This document shows, in pieces, positions 60,700 through 64,000 of a DNA stretch of 64,000 bases. Every line of letters begins with the position of its first letter. Position 1 is the stretch's first letter. The notes under the pieces are model-generated. The model searched no databases. It had not been told where the DNA came from and worked only from the letters and a program-made list of their open reading frames with translations. Source of the DNA: Phyllobates terribilis (lineage: Eukaryota); assembly GCF_046119375.1 (NCBI RefSeq), contig NW_027362763.1:893482001-893546000 (forward strand), in the 5' to 3' direction. The position numbers and the translations under genes are program-made.

Positions 60700-61240
60700 T
60701 TTTTTATTCCCGAAAATCCTTGGTTACCTACAGAAGGGGAAGATCGATAGGTGACCGCTTAGTGCACAGCTTTTATCAACCCAAAAACCAACAGGGAACC
60801 TGGTTGAACAGTAAGATCTTGAGTACACAGAAAATTTGTCAATTGGATCTTTCCATGTAAAACTGTGACCTGCGCTACCACAGGGATGAACTATACAATA
60901 CATGATTTTGCCAATTGTACAGCAAGGGTAGTGATCTATGCGGTAACCTGCACTTGTCCCTTGGACTACATTCGCAAAAAAAAGAGGGAATTCTGAAGAT
61001 GTTTGGGGGAACATTTGGGGACATCAGAAATGCTAGAGATACCGCATTGTCGAGACATATCAGATCTGTACATGGGGGTAACCTCAATGATCTATCATTC
61101 AGAGTCATTGAGGTAGTGACCCCTTCATTAAGTAAAGAGGACTGGAGTTGCGTGTTGTTACAGAAAGAATGCCAATGGAATTTCCACTTTCAATCAGTAC
61201 AGTCAAAGGGCCACAAAGAGCAGCTCTCATATGGCTAAAT
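60700..61240 (+). mobile_element. Penelope-like element, decayed GIY-YIG endonuclease end
   Basis: Frames give FANCTARVVIYAVTCTCPLDYI and RDTALSRHIRSVHGGN..LSFRVIEVV..LLQKECQWNF..VQSKGHKEQLSY. Confidence 0.75.
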
Positions 61241-61593
61241 AAATGTGTCATTTTGATCACTTGGTTTTTGGAGATAGACATCTTTTGACTCTCATAGATC
61301 CATTAATAGGATTAACATACAAATTATCTCATACTTCTCAGAACCCCATGAACATTGTTGGTGTTGTCTGTTTATTTATATAAAAGTTTATTTACTGTCT
61401 TTCCGGGGAATTAAGTAACAGCACTATCAATAGGTGTGAGAAATATAATGTTAACTCACATCTTTGCACTAATATTGCCAATTTTAACAAAACCTATAGA
61501 TATCCACTAAACTCTGGATAAATCAACATATATCATTGTAAATATAATTACAACTTTTAAACTTAATCACTGTATAAATCTATTATTGAGACC

Positions 61594-63183
61594 TGTGAGG
61601 GATTGTCTAGCTGTGGGACGCAGTATCATGGATTTGCATTCCACCCCAGGAACGCATGCGGCCATTAAAACGAGACGCGCATAGTAGAGTGCGTATATCC
61701 GGTATGTCTTTCACTGCTGGAACGCATATGGTCTTTGGACATGGGACGCATGCATGTAATACCGTGACATAGACTTATGGAGCTCATGCGTGTACCAGCG
61801 GAACGGATACCAGTGTGTTCTATATATGGAACGCACTAAGGATTTATTCTTGTCACAGGGTAACCTCACAATCATGGACAAGGGACCAACAGTATCTAAT
61901 TGAGATGTGGAAGGGACATTTCCTATAAGATTGATATAGGTAATACAGGATATCCCGGAAATTAGACATACTGACTGTGGAATGCACTATGTGTTCCATT
62001 GACACATGACCTGATTACCCACTCTAGTCCATGTGCTTCCTCTAGATAATCTTTATAAGTATGGCCATTTCTTTTCAAACGCCATCCCTTTGTCCATATC
62101 ATAGGTGTGACGATACAGCTTATAATATGAATAAGCCAGACGATTAGATTAGTTAAGCCAAGAGAATTAAACTATTGTGTTCATGTTGACTTGTAAATGT
62201 GTGTGTTTTTCTGTGGCTGATCAAGAAGGACATATGATTATTTGTATAACCTGATTGTTGTCTCCTTTTGGGTCTGTGAACAATGAATGTTTGCTAAATA
62301 TGTTGATTAAGCTTTATGTTAACACTGTGGCTTATTGACTCACAAGAAGGGAGGACAAACTAAGCAAATTCATTAAATGCTCAAACATTGAGGCATGAGG
62401 ATGCTCTCCCTAACCCCTTACCTGTGAATGTGTACTTGAAGGACAACTGTATCTATTTTAAGGGACATGTGCTTCTGTAGCACAGAGTCTTAAATCAGTG
62501 AATCAAGGAGAATCAAGAGGACACACAGACTCTCTGAGTCCATCAGCTTGGAAGCATGGATTTAACCAAAGAGACATAAATTTTGATTCTACATGATTCT
62601 ATAGCCTAAGGGTATATAGCCCTGACTGAAAAGATATGGATCTGCTCCAATAACCATCAGAGAGCTCATGGATACATTTGGGTAGACCAGGTTGGGACAA
62701 TGAAGTCACCTGGCCCCATGGATAATATGTTGTTTGAAGTTGCCAGGAGGGACCCACCGGTCGCATGGAACTCATGGAGACATTCGGAGAAGCCAGATTG
62801 GGACCATCCGGTCATCTGGCCCCATGGAAACTCTCAGAGAGGCCAGGGTGGGACCCTCGGGTCTCCTGGCCTTGTACCTCACTGGACTGCTAGCTTCCTA
62901 AGCTTGCCTTTACCTCTTCTCTGTGGGGGGCCCGCCAGAAGCGGGGGGCCACTGGTTGAGGTAGTTAGCCCTGGAAGACTCAAAGTCGTAGCTGTTCTAT
63001 CTCAGGCGGGCGGAACAGAAGGGTGAGATTGTGTAATGTTGTACCATCTCGGGTATTTGCTGGGACTGTTCTATGTGTTTATTGTCTTATTATGTGGTTC
63101 AATAAAGAATTGCCATGCTGTTTTACCCTCGCTTTGTGTTGTCCGAGTGGTATTACGCCCATGGAAGACCCCGGGTCTTCACA
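61594..63183 (+). mobile_element. Probable long solo LTR
   Basis: TGTGAG...CTTCACA termini and AATAAA + U5-like sequence at 63100-63183. No matching TSD found, so boundaries are uncertain. Confidence 0.5.
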
Positions 63184-63637
63184 ATAGGTGGTTGAGTCAA
63201 GGAAGGGACACAAGTCTCCTGAAGAACCCTGTCAGATAACAGGGGGAAATGCATTGAGACGAGATGAAACTTATCTTATGACCTCAATTTAAAAGGGGAT
63301 CTCTTCATCAAACAAAGTGTAACCCATTTTTTATTTGGTATTTATGTATATTATTGTTTCATACGGTTAGACTTAGCGACACTCTTAGGGACAGTTGATG
63401 GTGAGTGGGGGCACCACATTGTATTTTTAGGATGATAAACCCTGTGGTCAAGCAGGGAGCGGATATAAGGGCTCTGATAGGGCCTACATTGAAATAATTT
63501 TTCTGCAGCCACATACACTTTCTTGTCACTGTATATGGCTGGGTGATAATGCAATAATTTGATGGTGGTACTACATGAAGGAATTGAATCACATTGATCT
63601 ACACTAAAATGTATTGGTTTTAAAAACTTTTAATAAC

Positions 63638-64000
63638 TAGTGATGAGCGAGCATTCTTGCAAGTACTCGGTACTCGCCTGAGCATCTCAGTACTCGAGTA
63701 CTGAGGCCAAGTATTTAAAATTGTGTTTTCTCCGTCACACGGATCACATATACATTTTCAGAAAATACTGCCATTTCTGGCCTCCATGAAAAATTTGTTT
63801 CAGTGTGTCAGCGAAGTTTTTGACACTGGTTTGCTGTTCAAAATAGTTACCTACAGGCCAAGTATCTAAAACTGTGTTTTCTCCATCACATGGATCACAT
63901 ATACGTTTTCAGAAAATACTGCCATTCCTGACCTCCATTAAAAATTTATTTCAGTGTGTCAGCAAAGTTTTTGACACCAGTTTACTGTTCAAAATAGTTA
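63638..64000. mobile_element. End of another hAT-type element with 151-bp tandem units, continuing past the window
   Basis: TAGTGATGAGCGAG terminus, TACTCG subterminal motifs, and GGCCAAGTAT at 63705 and 63856. Confidence 0.7.

Overview
Vertebrate genomic DNA, probably frog (T2/Kolobok MITEs, TAG(A/T)GATGAGC-type hATs, avian/amphibian-type VIP), with one assembly gap (~45105-45443). The only host gene is prepro-VIP/PHI (+ strand): a putative non-coding exon 1 (~44350-44580) and six coding exons (46176-58273; 202 aa; PHI and VIP peptides intact). Upstream is about 40 kb of layered mobile DNA whose boundaries can be read from target-site duplications (TSDs). (i) A pol-less tRNA-Ser-primed LTR element (5419-27986, TSD TATA) has a 19-kb hAT composite in its 5' LTR (5961-25001, TSD GTGAGCAC). 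That composite is one hAT copy with a second, inverted copy of the same family (11374-22500, TSD GTCAGAAC, intact 1226-aa transposase) inserted in its transposase gene. Both copies carry the same cargo (18S rRNA fragment, L1 RT fragment, solo LTR). (ii) A young, related pol-less LTR element (33851-38672, TSD CTAG) has a single long ORF ending in a Y-box-like cold-shock domain. This is the best candidate for an undescribed system. All LTRs of this group also carry a second, internal tRNA-Ser PBS-like motif. A STAT+AP-1 element resembling the mammalian VIP cytokine-response element lies ~11 kb upstream of the VIP promoter, separated from it by these insertions. Family assignments rest on motif recognition by eye; no searches were run.
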